A stretch of 63,481 nt of DNA, filler included, from Octopus bimaculoides (GCF_001194135.2; 4 parts of 4 records of this genome joined end to end with filler, not necessarily neighbours in it), one strand, 5' to 3'; numbered from the whole stretch's first letter, positions 24,359-39,018 are shown. Translations and numbers: made by a program. Notes: generated by a model not told the origin, from the letters alone.

Positions 24359-26456
24359 TTATATATATATATATCTGCTTATATATATAAACATATATTT
24401 ATACAGATATATATACACTTATATGTATATATGTATATATATACATACAAGTGCATACATACACTTACACATGCATATCCACACACATGTACACGTATAT
24501 TACATCATCTAAGTATTAGAGCAATACGCTGTTGGTATGTTGCTAATATCGCTCATCATTCTGACAATTCCTTGATTGACGTTATCGATGTTTTTATGTG
24601 ATTAAGCGCCATTCATTGGTTCTACATTGTAATCTTTCTGTCGAAATATCCGTAAGAATACCCGCCCTTTTGTATTCAATCATTTGTACACAAACCGATC
24701 ATTATACATTCACGATATAAACTGTTCAAAGACTGAAACGCCATGGTTTTCATTATTTTTCTTATATCAATCTTCTGTAATTGTATATTACTGACAGCCG
24801 ACTTTGCTTCATATTTTAGATGATCCTCACAAATTACACGTATTAGTTGTCCTCCCACATGTAACAATTTGAATTTCTATTTTGCTTTTTGTTTTGTTTT
24901 CTTTTCCGTTACTCTTTCACAACACGACATGAAGGATACTTATCTCACTAAAACACCCTATTGTCATTAAATCTCTCAGAAATCTTTTGTACTTTACATA
25001 GTTCAGTTTTTGCACTAAAGCCATACTGGGGCACCACTTTAAATTGTGTGATCATCGAAGAACTCCACAGCAGTGCTTACTTTCTAAAGCCCGGTGCTTA
25101 TTCTGTCGGTCTCATATTTCGGTCTGTCGATCTGTTTGTTACCATCTTGCTCCTTCACCAGTGAACAAATATTGACGAAATGTTGCATACATGTTAAACT
25201 AACATCCAATTCAATTATAGGTTAACTGGATTTCAATAGAAATGTATAATGGGTACCCTAGGTGATTGTACTATTATTTTATAAAATGAAAAGGGTGCAA
25301 AGAACGTTTGTGTGAGGGAAATATGCAGGCATAATGTGTGTAGCTCAAATCAGGGCAGGGAGAACAGCTTTGTGTAAGCGACAAATACGGAGTGGCAGTA
25401 GGACAGTAATGTTAATGCAGCTGTCGTCACGCCGATATACAGGCGACGCTGTATACACACTTTCGTAAATACATTGATACATGCATACACACAAACATAC
25501 ACTCACACGCATGAACATACATATAACTAACTTCCAAAACGCTGAGGAAGGGAAGAAAAGGTGGATGTGAGGAATACGTAGCATCAGGGAGAGAGGGTCT
25601 AAGTGTCTTTTCTGCTGTCCTTCGGAAATAAAAATTCACCCACAGACACAGACACATATATAGATACACCTACATACATAGATATACATACATACGTACA
25701 TACATACATACTGATGTTCTACTATGCACCATTATATACTGGTGGTTACCTGTCTGTCCATTTGTAAGTGTGTGTGCATGTGTGTGTGTTTCTGTGTGTA
25801 TGTGTGTGTGTCAGGTTCTATAACTGTCTGTCACTCTACTTTTGTAGGGTCTTCTCTGCTGTTGTCACATATTGTGAAATTTTAAATTACGTCAAAATTT
25901 CCAAATTTGGTATATTGAAATAATCTTCCGATTTAATCATTTATTTCTTCCAGAAAAGATGCAGAAAAATGTTCCTGAGGTTTATAGCTTAATCAGTTTT
26001 ACCTGATCAGAAAACACGATTTAGAAGCTGGCATTTTCTGCATGGTATCTATCTATCACAAAATCACAGCAAAATCATTAGGAGGATGATGAACAAAGTT
26101 ATAAGATCTGAAGTTTTAATAAACGTTAGTGAATACATTCATGTGAAACGATCGAACTGACATGTAAATTATTTTCAAAGGAAATAATCCTCAACAAAGT
26201 TCTTTTGCTCGTGATTACTTGTGTGTACGTTTGTAAATGTGTGTGTGTGTGTGTGTGTGCATGTGTGCGTGTGTGTGGTTGTGTGTGTATGTGTGAGAGA
26301 CGTCCTATAACTGTATCTCATTACTTTTGTAGGGTATGCACAAATCTGACCAGATCAAGAGGCCTATTTGTTGAGGAAGGCATGGAATAAAGAAAACAAA
26401 ATTATATAAGACATTCTATTGTAAAAATTGACCGGCAATGGCATGCTATTCATCCA

Positions 26457-26509
<53 letters not shown>

Positions 26510-26587
26510 GTATTCGCAAACGCAGAATAATGCTGAACAGCATGAATAGGATAAATAATCCTTATGTTGCAGAAAAATTTGTCAGCG

Positions 26588-26660
26588 TCCAGCCATGAGA
26601 CTCGAACTCACATCTCTGTGATTACCGGTCAAGCGCTTTACCATTAAGCTAAACTGTCCA
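26588..26660 (-). mobile_element. tRNA-derived head or tRNA pseudogene (GGT anticodon-like loop)
   Basis: ggacagtTTAGCTTAATGGTAAAGCgcttgaccggtaatcacagagatGTGAG-TTCGAGT-CTCAT: intact A box, B box and T-arm, but acceptor and anticodon stems do not pair. Confidence 0.6.
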
Positions 26661-26859
26661 CTGACAAACTATATTTGTCTGAAAAATTATACAATCTCAA
26701 CTCACATTCTCAGGTTTCAGAGATTGAGACAGGTCGGCATTTCACAATTCTGCAACTCAGTGGACACGCATATTAATCGCATATTTGACCACCTAATGTT
26801 CTACCGAGACAAAGAAGTCTAACGCTATCCTATTCTTATCAAAACTCTACCACACTGCT

Positions 26860-27100
26860 TAGATTAGAGAACAATTTAAAGAGGTTAAATGGTAGAAACA
26901 CTAACAATATTTGACCAGTGGAAGACGTCAGAGAGTTATTTTAGCAAACGTTCATAGGAAAACTATTTATTAGATCATGCCAGAAGTATAAATATGCTCT
27001 TAGTTTCCTAAATCTCACCCATCAACTTGAATGTTTATGAAAAAAATTCCAAGTCTATTTAAACAATTACTGACACATTGAATTGACAGATGAGGTAGGA
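26860..27100 (+). mobile_element. Very old CR1/L2-like RT remnant
   Basis: YLTSGRRQRVILAN followed by a decayed VPQGS-like stretch. Confidence 0.4.
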
Positions 27101-27422
27101 AGACCGAAGCTATTCAGTAGTTAATTATGTAGGTCGTAATGGAAATGACATTTGATTAGTTTTGAAGCTAAATATAAACTATAAGTAGTAAGAGACACAA
27201 AGAGTTAATGAGAACTTTAAAGAAAAATAACTGATGTAGTATGTTAAAAGAATATTTTTTTCTTGGAAAGAATTAATATTCAAAATTGAAATAGATTTAA
27301 TATGATAAGGATCAATTACGAAAACTATATGACAAGATAACAAATCAAAGTAGAAACATTTAAAACTCATATTTAAGCAATCTAATTCTAGAATCAAAGA
27401 TATTAAATAATAATAATAATAA

Positions 27423-27635
27423 TCCATTTTACTATAGGTACAAGGCCTGAAATGTTGGGGTGGGGGCAATTCGATTACATCGAACCCATTGTGTATCTGG
27501 TACTTAATTTATAGACCCCGAAAGGATGACAAGCAAAGTCCACCACGGAAGAATTTGAACTCAGAACATAGCGGCAGACAAAATGACGCTTAGCATTTCT
27601 CCCTGCGTGCTAAAGTTTCTGCCAGCTTGCTGCCT

Positions 27636-27637
<2 letters not shown>
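27423..27637 (-). mobile_element. SINE family A embedded in (TAA)n on both sides
   Basis: Complete head (ggcagcaagctggcagaaac, B-box gttcaaattc) to tail (tagtaaaaatggattatt), followed by about 260 bp of (TAA/CAA)n at 27637-27900. Confidence 0.9.
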
Positions 27638-27729
<92 letters not shown>

Positions 27730-27808
27730 TATAACAACAACAACAACAACATCAACAACGACAGCGACAACAGCAACAATAATAATAATGACAACAACAA
27801 TAATAATG

Positions 27809-27901
<93 letters not shown>

Positions 27902-28169
27902 ATACCAGCTACAACATCGTAGAAATAACAATATTTTACATTATTCTTATGAGAAAAAAATTGATATAAAAATGAAATAAAATAAATATTGATATGTCTA
28001 CTAAATAGTTGAGTTAAATATACGAAATATACTCGACCGATGCAGTCAAACCAAAGTACTTATATTAGGGTTTACAAAAGATTACTTCGTTTATTTATGC
28101 TTTTAAAGGGTCTTCTAACTAAATATGTATGAATTAATCTTAATTCGTTTTCATATTTAATATGTTAGC

Positions 28170-28400
28170 TGTAAATATATGCAGTGTCTCTTCGAAGAAT
28201 AAGTTGTCTTTTAGTTTCCCCTATTATGCTGAATATCATACTCAATATTCTGCTCTTTAAGTCTTCATGCAAATTTACCTACAAAAGTGAAGTTTGCTTT
28301 TTTGCCATCTTTAAACTAAGAAACGCATTACATTATCTTGTGTTAAAAGTAGCTTCGCAAGCACCTACATACTAGTAGGTGCATTCTTCTGTTGTTACTG
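28170..28400 (-). mobile_element. PLE GIY-YIG fragment, decayed
   Basis: YVGACEATFNTR*CNAFLSLK...TSLL*VNLHEDLK...IFSII matches YIG.TE.TFK.RY.NH..SF...T.LS...W.LK. Confidence 0.6.
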
Positions 28401-29009
28401 AACATTTATAAACTACGTATTTTCTTACGTTTTGGTTGTCTAGTGGATATTTGGGCGACTTTTACAATTACATAACCGGTTAAACTTATTATTGAGTTAG
28501 TTTTTGCCCCAAGATTTTCTATTCTTTATTTTGACAAATCATTTATTGAGATACGTATCACTTATGCATAAGTATGTGATATAATTAATATGCATGTTTT
28601 CCTTATTCTAACTAGAAAATGCACATGTGTATGTAAACAATTTTTCAGCGAAAAAAAAAGAAAAAGTACAGAGGACGTTATGATCGTCTTCTTTTCCCGA
28701 ACTGCTAAGTTACAGGGACGTAAAGAAGCCAGCACCGGCTGTCAAATGGTGATTTAAGACAATGAAACAAACACAAACGCGCGCACACACACATGTATAT
28801 GCATAGGAACTGATTCTCTCAATTTCTTTATACCAGATGTACTCACAATGTTCTGGTCTACACGAGGCTGTCGAAGAAGACATTTGCTCGACGTATCATG
28901 CTATGGGACTTAAACCAAAAGTATGGGATCGGGAAGGAAGCTTTTTACCACTCAACCGCACACGCATATAAGCACCCACACACACGCACGATTCTATTAT
29001 ACCAAAGAC

Positions 29010-29230
29010 CATTTTAAAAGGATGCTATAATCATTATATAGACAAACTTTATAACGTTGCTATACACCATTATTATGGTGCTTGTTTGTCTACATTTATA
29101 TGGGAACTGAAAAAACGACCTACCATGATAATAAATGGAAAGTGGACTATAATAACAAAGTATGGAAATGAATAACCGTCTACAAACGATACCATTGAAA
29201 TTTGTACAACCAAATCATAACATTTTAAAG
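29010..29230 (+). mobile_element. PLE GIY-YIG fragment, decayed
   Basis: FK, frameshift, YNH...LSTFIWELKK...GKWTIITK. Confidence 0.6.
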
Positions 29231-31224
29231 AGCCTGTAATAAACTAACAGTATTTAAAGACATGAAAGTTATAAAACAAAATCTATAAACCTATAATATC
29301 TCTTGATAGTAACATCAAAATTTTTTTTCTGATACACTGCATCACACCTTCCTTCGCATGTATTCGCACTCTCAAATTTCGTTAAAACTTCGACCACAAT
29401 GGTCTGTGTTATACCCACAAAAATTACTACATCTTTTATCTTCAGTCCGCATTATAATTAATATGCTATTCTTTATATTTATTGTGCATTTATTTGAAAT
29501 TTACACACTATCAGTATTTATATACGACGTATATATTAATGATGCACCAACATGAATATTATCAGTTACCAATGCCATTTATGTATATATTAACTGTACA
29601 CGAATTTCCGCATTCATGTGTCTATATATATATAGATATCTGTAAGTATTTCTTAATACATGCACATTATTTCTTGTATTTCGATCAATATTTTACACTG
29701 TTTTTATACGATATTTCTTATCAATATTTTTGTCGTCATTGAATGTGTAAACTAAATATCGTTAAATTTATCATTAGTAAACTGCATCATAATTTATAAT
29801 TTTCTTGCTATTTCCTATTCATTCTGTTCGTTTCATATTGATTATGTTAACTACATTTTACATCTCAAATTTCACTTTGAAATAAGTAATAAAAAAAATT
29901 CCAAATATTTAACTTTAATTTTTCCCCAAATTCTCACTTTTACATTGTAAATTATTCATATTCAATGGCAATTTTTAAATTGCAAATTGTGTACATAAAA
30001 CTGTCATCGATAAAATAAATCTTCTCTACAAATATTGTAACTTTGAAACATATAATCGTTGTTCACAACGCAGTTCAATGAAGTATTAAACATGGATCTA
30101 TAATAAGATTGGGAATAATTGACAAAATAGAGTGACTGGTAGTTACTATAGAGATCAAACAAGACCAAAGAAACCAGCTGATAATTATCTTCTAAAGGAA
30201 ACAATAAAATCATTCTTGCTAATAAGTGCGGGTAGCATAATAAAACGAATGAACTTATAATTATTAGATATAATGTAACGGTTCATTAGATCCGAGAAAC
30301 CGAGCTACATAAATTTAGGAGACAGTCAAACACACACACACAAGCCCATACATACACACACACGCACATGCGCGAGCGCACACATACGCACGCGCATCAA
30401 ATGACTAAAACATGTAGAAAAGTAAAAGAGTAAATAACGATAATAATAATATAAGCCAATAAAAGGGCAAATTAATGAAATTTATAATTAATTTATAGTT
30501 ATAACTGAAGACCCACGAGGCACTGGCATTACTATAAATAAGAGTCGAAAAATACACTAATAAGCCACCATTTCAACTTTTTTGAAATTTAACTTTGGTT
30601 TTGCGAACATGAACACTGTTGCTCAAAGTAGTGTCTCCGTTAAAATAAACCGCTAATCCAAATCTACAAGAAAATAATGTATTTCTATTCTCAAATTTAA
30701 TGAATTCTGAAGTGTGTCGTCGTGGTAACGTGTTCAACTCTACTGTCATGCATGCATACATCGCCCTACACACACACACACACAAACGTATTGTTCTTAT
30801 ATGTTCTTGTATTTCTTTACGTCACGTAAAAATTTGAAATTTCTACCTTACAGAATATCTCTTGATTCACTAAATCGACTTCGTTTTATTATTGATGCCA
30901 TAACATACGAATTTCTAATATAAGCAGTCGATTGCGTGTCCAGACTTGACCTTAAATCGAAACTAAAGAGATCAGATTATCGATGCGGTGCCCGCATCTT
31001 TCTAAACATGAGTAGAAAAGATAAAACAACATTGCTGTCTTGGCTCTGGGGTTAATAACCCCCATTTCGGATTCATTTCCACTGCGTATCACTTGGGGAA
31101 CGTGATGTTATTTTTGGAGAAATGATAGCTCCGGGCCGATGAATGGCCTCTAAATAAATTTCGTTTACAGACATGGTATAGAATCCTATCGTATATAAAA
31201 GTATTATCTTAATAATCATAGTAA

Positions 31225-31299
31225 TTTGAACACAGAACGTAGCGGCAGACGAAGTAACACTGAGCATTTTCCCCAGAGTGCTAAAGATTTTGTCAGCCC

Positions 31300-31346
<47 letters not shown>

Positions 31347-31389
31347 TGATAATAATAATAATAACAACGACAACAACAATAACAATAAC

Positions 31390-31461
<72 letters not shown>

Positions 31462-31625
31462 CTTTTCTACTCTAGGCACAAGAAATGTTTGGCCAGTCGA
31501 TTAGATCGACCCCAGTACGCAACTGGTACTTAATTTATCGACCGCGAAAGGATGAAAGGCAAAGTCCACCTCGGTGGAATTTGAACTCAGAACGGAGCGG
31601 CAGACGAAATACCGCTTAGCATTTT
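31225..31625 (-). mobile_element. Two SINE A pieces separated by (TAA)n (31299-31460)
   Basis: Head fragment at 31225-31295; 5'-incomplete copy at 31461-31625. Confidence 0.85.
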
Positions 31626-31718
31626 CTCGTTTGTGGGGTGTGACGATACGCCATAAGGCCAAACCCCTTATGGACGGAAAACCCAGGGTAACGTCATAAA
31701 CCGGCCTCCCCCATTATA

Positions 31719-31757
<39 letters not shown>

Positions 31758-33053
31758 TCTTTAAATATACACATTTATAGGGAAAGAAGTGTATTCCCAG
31801 GGAGGGGAAAATATAGGAGAATTTGTTTTCAAGTTTTGAAAATGCTACTGAACTTGAAAAGCGTGTAGTTGTTTTTAAATAGATTTATTCACATACATAC
31901 CAAGCTAGTTTCAATAAATTTTTGTTCATCAGAGTATATGTATATATGTATGCATGTATGTATGTATATATGTATGTATGTATGTATGAATGAATGTATG
32001 TATGTATGTATGCATGCATATATTATGCATATACACGCATACACACTAACATATTTAACTGTATCTACATCTGTCTATTAATCTATCGGTATATATTTGT
32101 ATATAAGCATGTGTGTGCATGTACGTGTGTGTGTCATTGCTTTCTCAAACAAAATGCTTGACAACTGGTGATGGTTTGTTTACACCCTTGTAATTTAGTG
32201 ATTGGCAACAAAATGTTCATTACAATAATTACCAAATCTATACTAAATACAGTGGTTAATTTGTTTGGCTAACCACTTCAAGGGGGTGTTCTAGCATGGC
32301 TGCTGTCCAATGACTGAAGTAATTAAATGAAAGACTTAATAGAATTGCATTCGTGATGGAATCGAAAAATAAAAACAAATAAATATGTGAAAACCAAAGA
32401 TGCGGGTGGAAATAGAAACGTCATCAATAGCTTCACCAATCAGAAATAGTTCGTGTTGGCACAATTACAACGACCGCCATTATTTTACAGTCATTTCATT
32501 GTCGCTTCAGTGAGAATAGTTTAGCCGCAATGCAAGATTGTCCAAAATATACACGTACAGATTATATCTATCTTTAGATAAATCCAAACGCCTTAGATTT
32601 CAATTCGAAGGATCGCAAATGTTGTTGTTATTTTTATTATTATTGTCATTTTTGTTGTTGCTTTAGCACTGTCCTTGTCATCATCGTTCTTGTTGTTGTT
32701 GTGATGGTGGTTATTTAATTGGATTTTTTGTCGTCGTGGTCGTCNNNNNNNNNNNNNNNNNNNNNNNNNNNNNNNNNNNNNNNNNNNNNNNNNNNNNNNN
32801 NNNNNNNNNNNNNNNNNNNNNNNNNNNNNNNNNNNNNNNNNNNNNNNNNNNNNNNNNNNNNNNNNNNNNNNNNNNNNNNNNNNNNNNNNNNNNNNNNNNN
32901 NNNNNNNNNNNNNNNNNNNNNNNNNNNNNNNNNNNNNNNNNNNNNNNNNNNNNNNNNNNNNNNNNNNNNNNNNNNNNNNNNNNNNNNNNNNNNNNNNNNN
33001 NNNNNNNNNNNNNNNNNNNNNNNNNNNNNNNNNNNNNNNNNNNNNNNNNNNNN

Positions 33054-33084
<31 letters not shown>

Positions 33085-33154
33085 TGTATAATCTATACCT
33101 ATCAAAACATAGCAATTATAATAATAATTATTGTTATTATTGTTGTTGTTCTTG

Positions 33155-33244
<90 letters not shown>

Positions 33245-34700
33245 ATTATTATTATTATTATCATTATTATTATCATTATTATTATTATTATTATTATTAT
33301 CATTATTATTATTATTATTGTTGTTGTTGTTGTTATTGTTATCATCATCATCACCTTTATTATTCGTTACCATCGTTCTATTTATACGTTCATCAATCAA
33401 TCGTTTGGCGTGTATGTCTGTCTCCTTGCCAGCATCATCCCGACCTCCCTAAAAATGTCTGCGTCAGTGCCTGATGCCTCTATGTCTGTTGGCCCATCTC
33501 GTTTAAGTTCTAACTGACAACATTATCTCTCTCTCTCTTGCACACACACCCTCGCTCTCTCCATCGCACACACTGTCTCTATCTCTCTCTCTATCACCCT
33601 CTTTCCAGCTGAATCTGTGTCACTCTCTGGCTTTTCCCCCACTCTCTACTTCTAACACATGTTATAGATACCTACGTATATGTGTGCGAGAGTGTGTGTG
33701 TGTGTGTGTGTGCCTACGCGAGCGCGCGTGTGTATACATCTAGACACACTTCCTCACACACACAGCACATTATAAAGCAGGTATTCGCGTCCATTTTCTA
33801 CGTGCCTATCTCTGTATATCTCTACGGTCCTACCGAACTACTTACAAACCTATATCTACCTCCCAAGCATCATCCCAACATACATGCACGCATACAAGCA
33901 TGTATATCAACATATATACCTGCGTGCCTATCATTATAGCTAATTTTCTATCACTTTCTTCATCTAAAAATCTGTCTGTCAATTTGCCTGTGTGTGTGTG
34001 TGTGTGTGTGTCTGTCTGTCTGTCTGTCAGTCTGTCTGCCTGCCTATTGTTCCTGCCAGCTCGTTAGCTATCGATATTTGTGTACTTATATACGCGTATG
34101 TATATATGTATATATGTGTGTATATANNNNNNNNNNNNNNNNNNNNNNNNNNNNNNNNNNNNNNNNNNNNNNNNNNNNNNNNNNNNNNNNNNNNNNNNNN
34201 NNNNNNNNNNNNNNNNNNNNNNNNNNNNNNNNNNNNNNNNNNNNNNNNNNNNNNNNNNNNNNNNNNNNNNNNNNNNNNNNNNNNNNNNNNNNNNNNNNNN
34301 NNNNNNNNNNNNNNNNNNNNNNNNNNNNNNNNNNNNNNNNNNNNNNNNNNNNNNNNNNNNNNNNNNNNNNNNNNNNNNNNNNNNNNNNNNNNNNNNNNNN
34401 NNNNNNNNNNNNNNNNNNNNNNNNNNNNNNNNNNNNNNNNNNNNNNNNNNNNNNNNNNNNNNNNNNNNNNNNNNNNNNNNNNNNNNNNNNNNNNNNNNNN
34501 NNNNNNNNNNNNNNNNNNNNNNNNNNNNTATTTACATATTTACATATATTTACACATATATATGCATAATACATATATACATATATGTATAAATGTGTGT
34601 TTATGTGTGTGTATGCGTTTATATATATAATTCTCTATTTATACTTAACAGGATACTTGCATTAATATCCACATGCCAAACTACCTACCTATCTATCTAC

Positions 34701-34761
<61 letters not shown>

Positions 34762-35333
34762 CATCCGTCAATCTATCTCCTGATATTGTTTACAGTCTCT
34801 CAGTCTGTATTTATCTTTTACATTATATTTCACGGCCGCACTCAATGGTTTGTCTGATCACCTGTATCCTCTCTTCAATAACTCCCCATCTCCCTCTCTC
34901 CCAAACCTCTAAACCTTTCTTATTAATGTTTACACGCATGTCCTCCCTCTGTAACTATGTTTTACTCTCAAAAGATTCTCTTTATATATTTATATCGATC
35001 TTGCAGATTCGTTCATATTTCAGTTGCCAATTTTTTCTCCTCTTGACCTGTTTTTGTCTCTTTTTCTCACCTTCTTCCCCTCTCCGTTTCTTTCTCTGTC
35101 CCTCTGCCTCTTTCTTCCTCTAACTCTCCATGTTTTTTCCCCTCTACCTACACCTCTTTCCTTCAGCCTATCTTCAGCCCAATGTTATTTTTGTCGTTGG
35201 TGTTGTTTTCATTTTACTCCTTTCGTTCTCTTTCTGGCAATCATTTGCTCTGAATATCACCATGTATTTAGAATCTGTTCATCAATGTTTATATACATAC
35301 AAACGTATACAGACCTGAATCTTTCCATTAAAA

Positions 35334-35400
<67 letters not shown>

Positions 35401-35495
35401 TTGTCTGTCTGTCTGTCTATTTATTTATCTGTTTTTTGTTGCTGCATAATTTTGTATAACTATCTATATGTATATATTTTGCTCCTTCTCTATAA

Positions 35496-35526
<31 letters not shown>

Positions 35527-36899
35527 TATATTCACACATGCGCACACAATCACTCACACTCATACACACACACGCATACTCACATATACACGCACACAAC
35601 ACATACGTACGTACGTATGTATGTATGTATGTATGTATGTATGTATGTATGTATGTATGTATGTATGTATGTATGTATAAGAGTGTCAATTCGATTCTTT
35701 CCCTTAACTCCCTCTCCCTCTAGGTACATAAATAAATTACTTATATGTATTCATAAATATACATATGCCATAGGCGTATGGAGTTTCAACTCTTATATAT
35801 ATGCGCGAGCACACATACACACACAGAGACATGAAAAATACCATAAATTTGGCAAAAAAAAAAAAGCAAACACTCCGGCAGAAGATAGCCAAAATTAGTT
35901 GGAAACAGGTCAGCTTAGTCTGCCCTCGTCCTCAGTTGGCAGGGAGCAGAAAAAGGTGGTAAAAACATTCGTTTCTGACCCGATTATGAAACCGGACCTG
36001 GCAATACGAATCTTTAAACCAACCTGATTTCCATGATGCGAAGTGTGCAAGGCTCAAAACCGCATCTCCAGGTAGCAAAGTGCCACCTCTCCACGTGCAT
36101 TTCAGTCCTGTTATCCTGTGGATTATGAAAGGGAAAATCGGCGCACGCTCTATTACGTCATGATCAGTCTTAATCTGAGGGCGTACCCCATGATTTCTGT
36201 TGTCTTGAGAGCCAGAGATGATAGGAAGCTCTTTCAGCAACGCAACATATAACGAAGGAAGGAGGGCATATATAATATAAATAATATAGATATATGCTTT
36301 TATAGAGACACATTTGTACATACATACATATATATGTATATAGCTATGCACATATCGTTACAAGACGTCACAAGAACGTAAACAACCATGAAATACAAAA
36401 ATAACTTTGGGTACGCGAGAAACGAGAGAAACGAATGGAAAACAAGACAAGTAACATATAAAAACGATCCTTCATCAGTTGTTGGTTGTCCTTCTACTCC
36501 TTATTTTAAAATGAGGAAAATTGTCAAAGTTAATAGGTGACAAAAGAAGAAAGAAGACGAGAAAATGAAAAAAATGTGAAAAAGAAAAAAAAAAGAAAAA
36601 AGAAAAATTTTTTACCCAAATAGGTAAATTTATAAATTTATGATTAAGAGTACAAGATAATATCAATGTTACTAGAAATAAGTGTCGAAAAATACTCAAA
36701 TAATCCACAAAGTTTTGTAAGTATTTCTCGACACTTATTTCACGCAACGCTGAAATATATATANNNNNNNNNNNNNNNNNNNNNNNNNNNNNNNNNNNNN
36801 NNNNNNNNNNNNNNNNNNNNNNNNNNNNNNNNNNNNNNNNNNNNNNNNNNNNNNNNNNNNNNNNNNNNNNNNNNNNNNNNNNNNNNNNNNNNNNNNATA

Positions 36900-36930
<31 letters not shown>

Positions 36931-37354
36931 GTGTATATATATATATATATAAACTCAACGTATGCAAAAGGATATCAAGTAGTAATGCAGTACGAACGTT
37001 TCAAGCGGCTCCATTTAATTGAAAAATGCAATATAGTGCCATCTTCAGCTGCACAAATGAATAAATGGAATTTTATCAAGTTGAACATATTAACAGGATT
37101 TTTCTTAAATATTTTAACAGAGCAAGAAGATGGAAGAAATTCATTTTGTCGTTATTGTAGCTAAGTACAGACTACAACTTTTAAGAATCACATGGAGAGC
37201 ACTGGGGCTTCTGCTATGTCCTTGGGCCGACCAAAGCCTTGTCATTGGATTTGGTAGACAGAAAATGAAACTTCGTATATGTATATATATGTGTGTGTGT
37301 TTCTGCGTGCTTGTATGTATCTTTGTGTCAGTATTTCTCCTTCCATCACTGGAG

Positions 37355-37620
37355 GGGATTAATAGGTGGCATTCATCAACTTGCAGATATTGTATTATGT
37401 CAATTTACTTGTTTATTTGTTTACTAAAAGGACAATTATAACAATATACAAACACATGTGACATTATTTTCTGTTACTATGTGTCATTTCTATAATTACT
37501 GATATGACATATGTCACATGTGTTTCAATATTGTTCCTATTGTCCTTTTAGTAAACAAATAAACAAGTAAGTTGACATAATACAATGTCTGCAAGTTGAT
37601 TAATACCACCTATTAATCCC
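37355..37620. mobile_element. MITE with terminal inverted repeats of about 110 bp
   Basis: gggattaataggtgg.att.atcaacttgcaga.attgtattatgtcaa.ttacttgtttatttgtttactaaaaggacaat present on the left and as reverse complement on the right. No clear target-site duplication. Confidence 0.85.
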
Positions 37621-38202
37621 TTACATTTTCTTATTGCTATATATATGCACACAGACTTATATATATATATTGTAATTGCTGGTAGGGATACTGTCTTTCG
37701 TTTTGCAAGCTTAATGATTTATCAGTCGGTATTGTGTCCTACTTTGCGCTACCATTTCGTTGTCATTTTTTTTCTTATTTTCAAATGTATCTCTAAAGAT
37801 TTTCTACAGAAAATTCCATAGGCAATGGGTGTAATGCACATACTCCTACTACGTACTTTCGATTGCAATGTTTACATAGATGCATTACTGTAAGAAACGT
37901 CGTCATTTTCATTGCAGACACTAAGTTATATAGAAAATATGTAGAGAAACACTTAAACTTATTTATATAAATATATTTGTTTGTATACACCCACACCCAC
38001 ACCCACACACACTCACACACACATATATAATATGTATATAAATATATATAAATATATATAAATATATGTATATGTATAAATATATATATAATTTTATGTG
38101 TATATATATATATACATATGTATATATATATCCTTATATGTAAATATACGTATGCACATAATTACATATGTGTATATTTATATGAAATTATATGTATGCG
38201 TA

Positions 38203-38249
<47 letters not shown>

Positions 38250-38921
38250 NNNNNNNNNNNNNNNNNNNNNNNNNNNNNNNNNNNNNNNNNNNNNNNNNNN
38301 NNNNNNNNNNNNNNNNNNNNNNNNNNNNNNNNNNNNNNNNNNNNNNNNNNNNNNNNNNNNNNNNNNNNNNNNNNNNNNNNNNNNNNNNNNNNNNNNNNNN
38401 NNNNNNNNNNNNNNNNNNNNNNNNNNNNNNNNNNNNNNNNNNNNNNNNNNNNNNNNNNNNNNNNNNNNNNNNNNNNNNNNNNNNNNNNNNNNNNNNNNNN
38501 NNNNNNNNNNNNNNNNNNNNNNNNNNNNNNNNNNNNNNNNNNNNNNNNNNNNNNNNNNNNNNNNNNNNNNNNNNNNNNNNNNNNNNNNNNNNNNNNNNNN
38601 NNNNNNNNNNNNNNNNNNNNNNNNNNNNNNNNNNNNNNNNNNNNNNNNNNNNNNNNNNNNNNNNNNNNNNNNNNNNNNNNNNNNNNNNNNNNNNNNNNNN
38701 NNNNNNNNNNNNNNNNNNNNNNNNNNNNNNNNNNNNNNNNNNNNNNNNNNNNNNNNNNNNNNNNNNNNNNNNNNNNNNNNNNNNNNNNNNNNNNNNNNNN
38801 NNNNNNNNNNNNATAATAATAATAATTATTATTATTATTGTTGTTGTTGTTATTATTATTAGTATTACTATTATTAGTAGTATTATTATCATTATGCTGC
38901 CCTTGTGACAAAATTTGAAAC

Positions 38922-38982
<61 letters not shown>

Positions 38983-39018
38983 GTTATTATTATTATTATT
39001 ATTATTGTTGTTGTTGTA

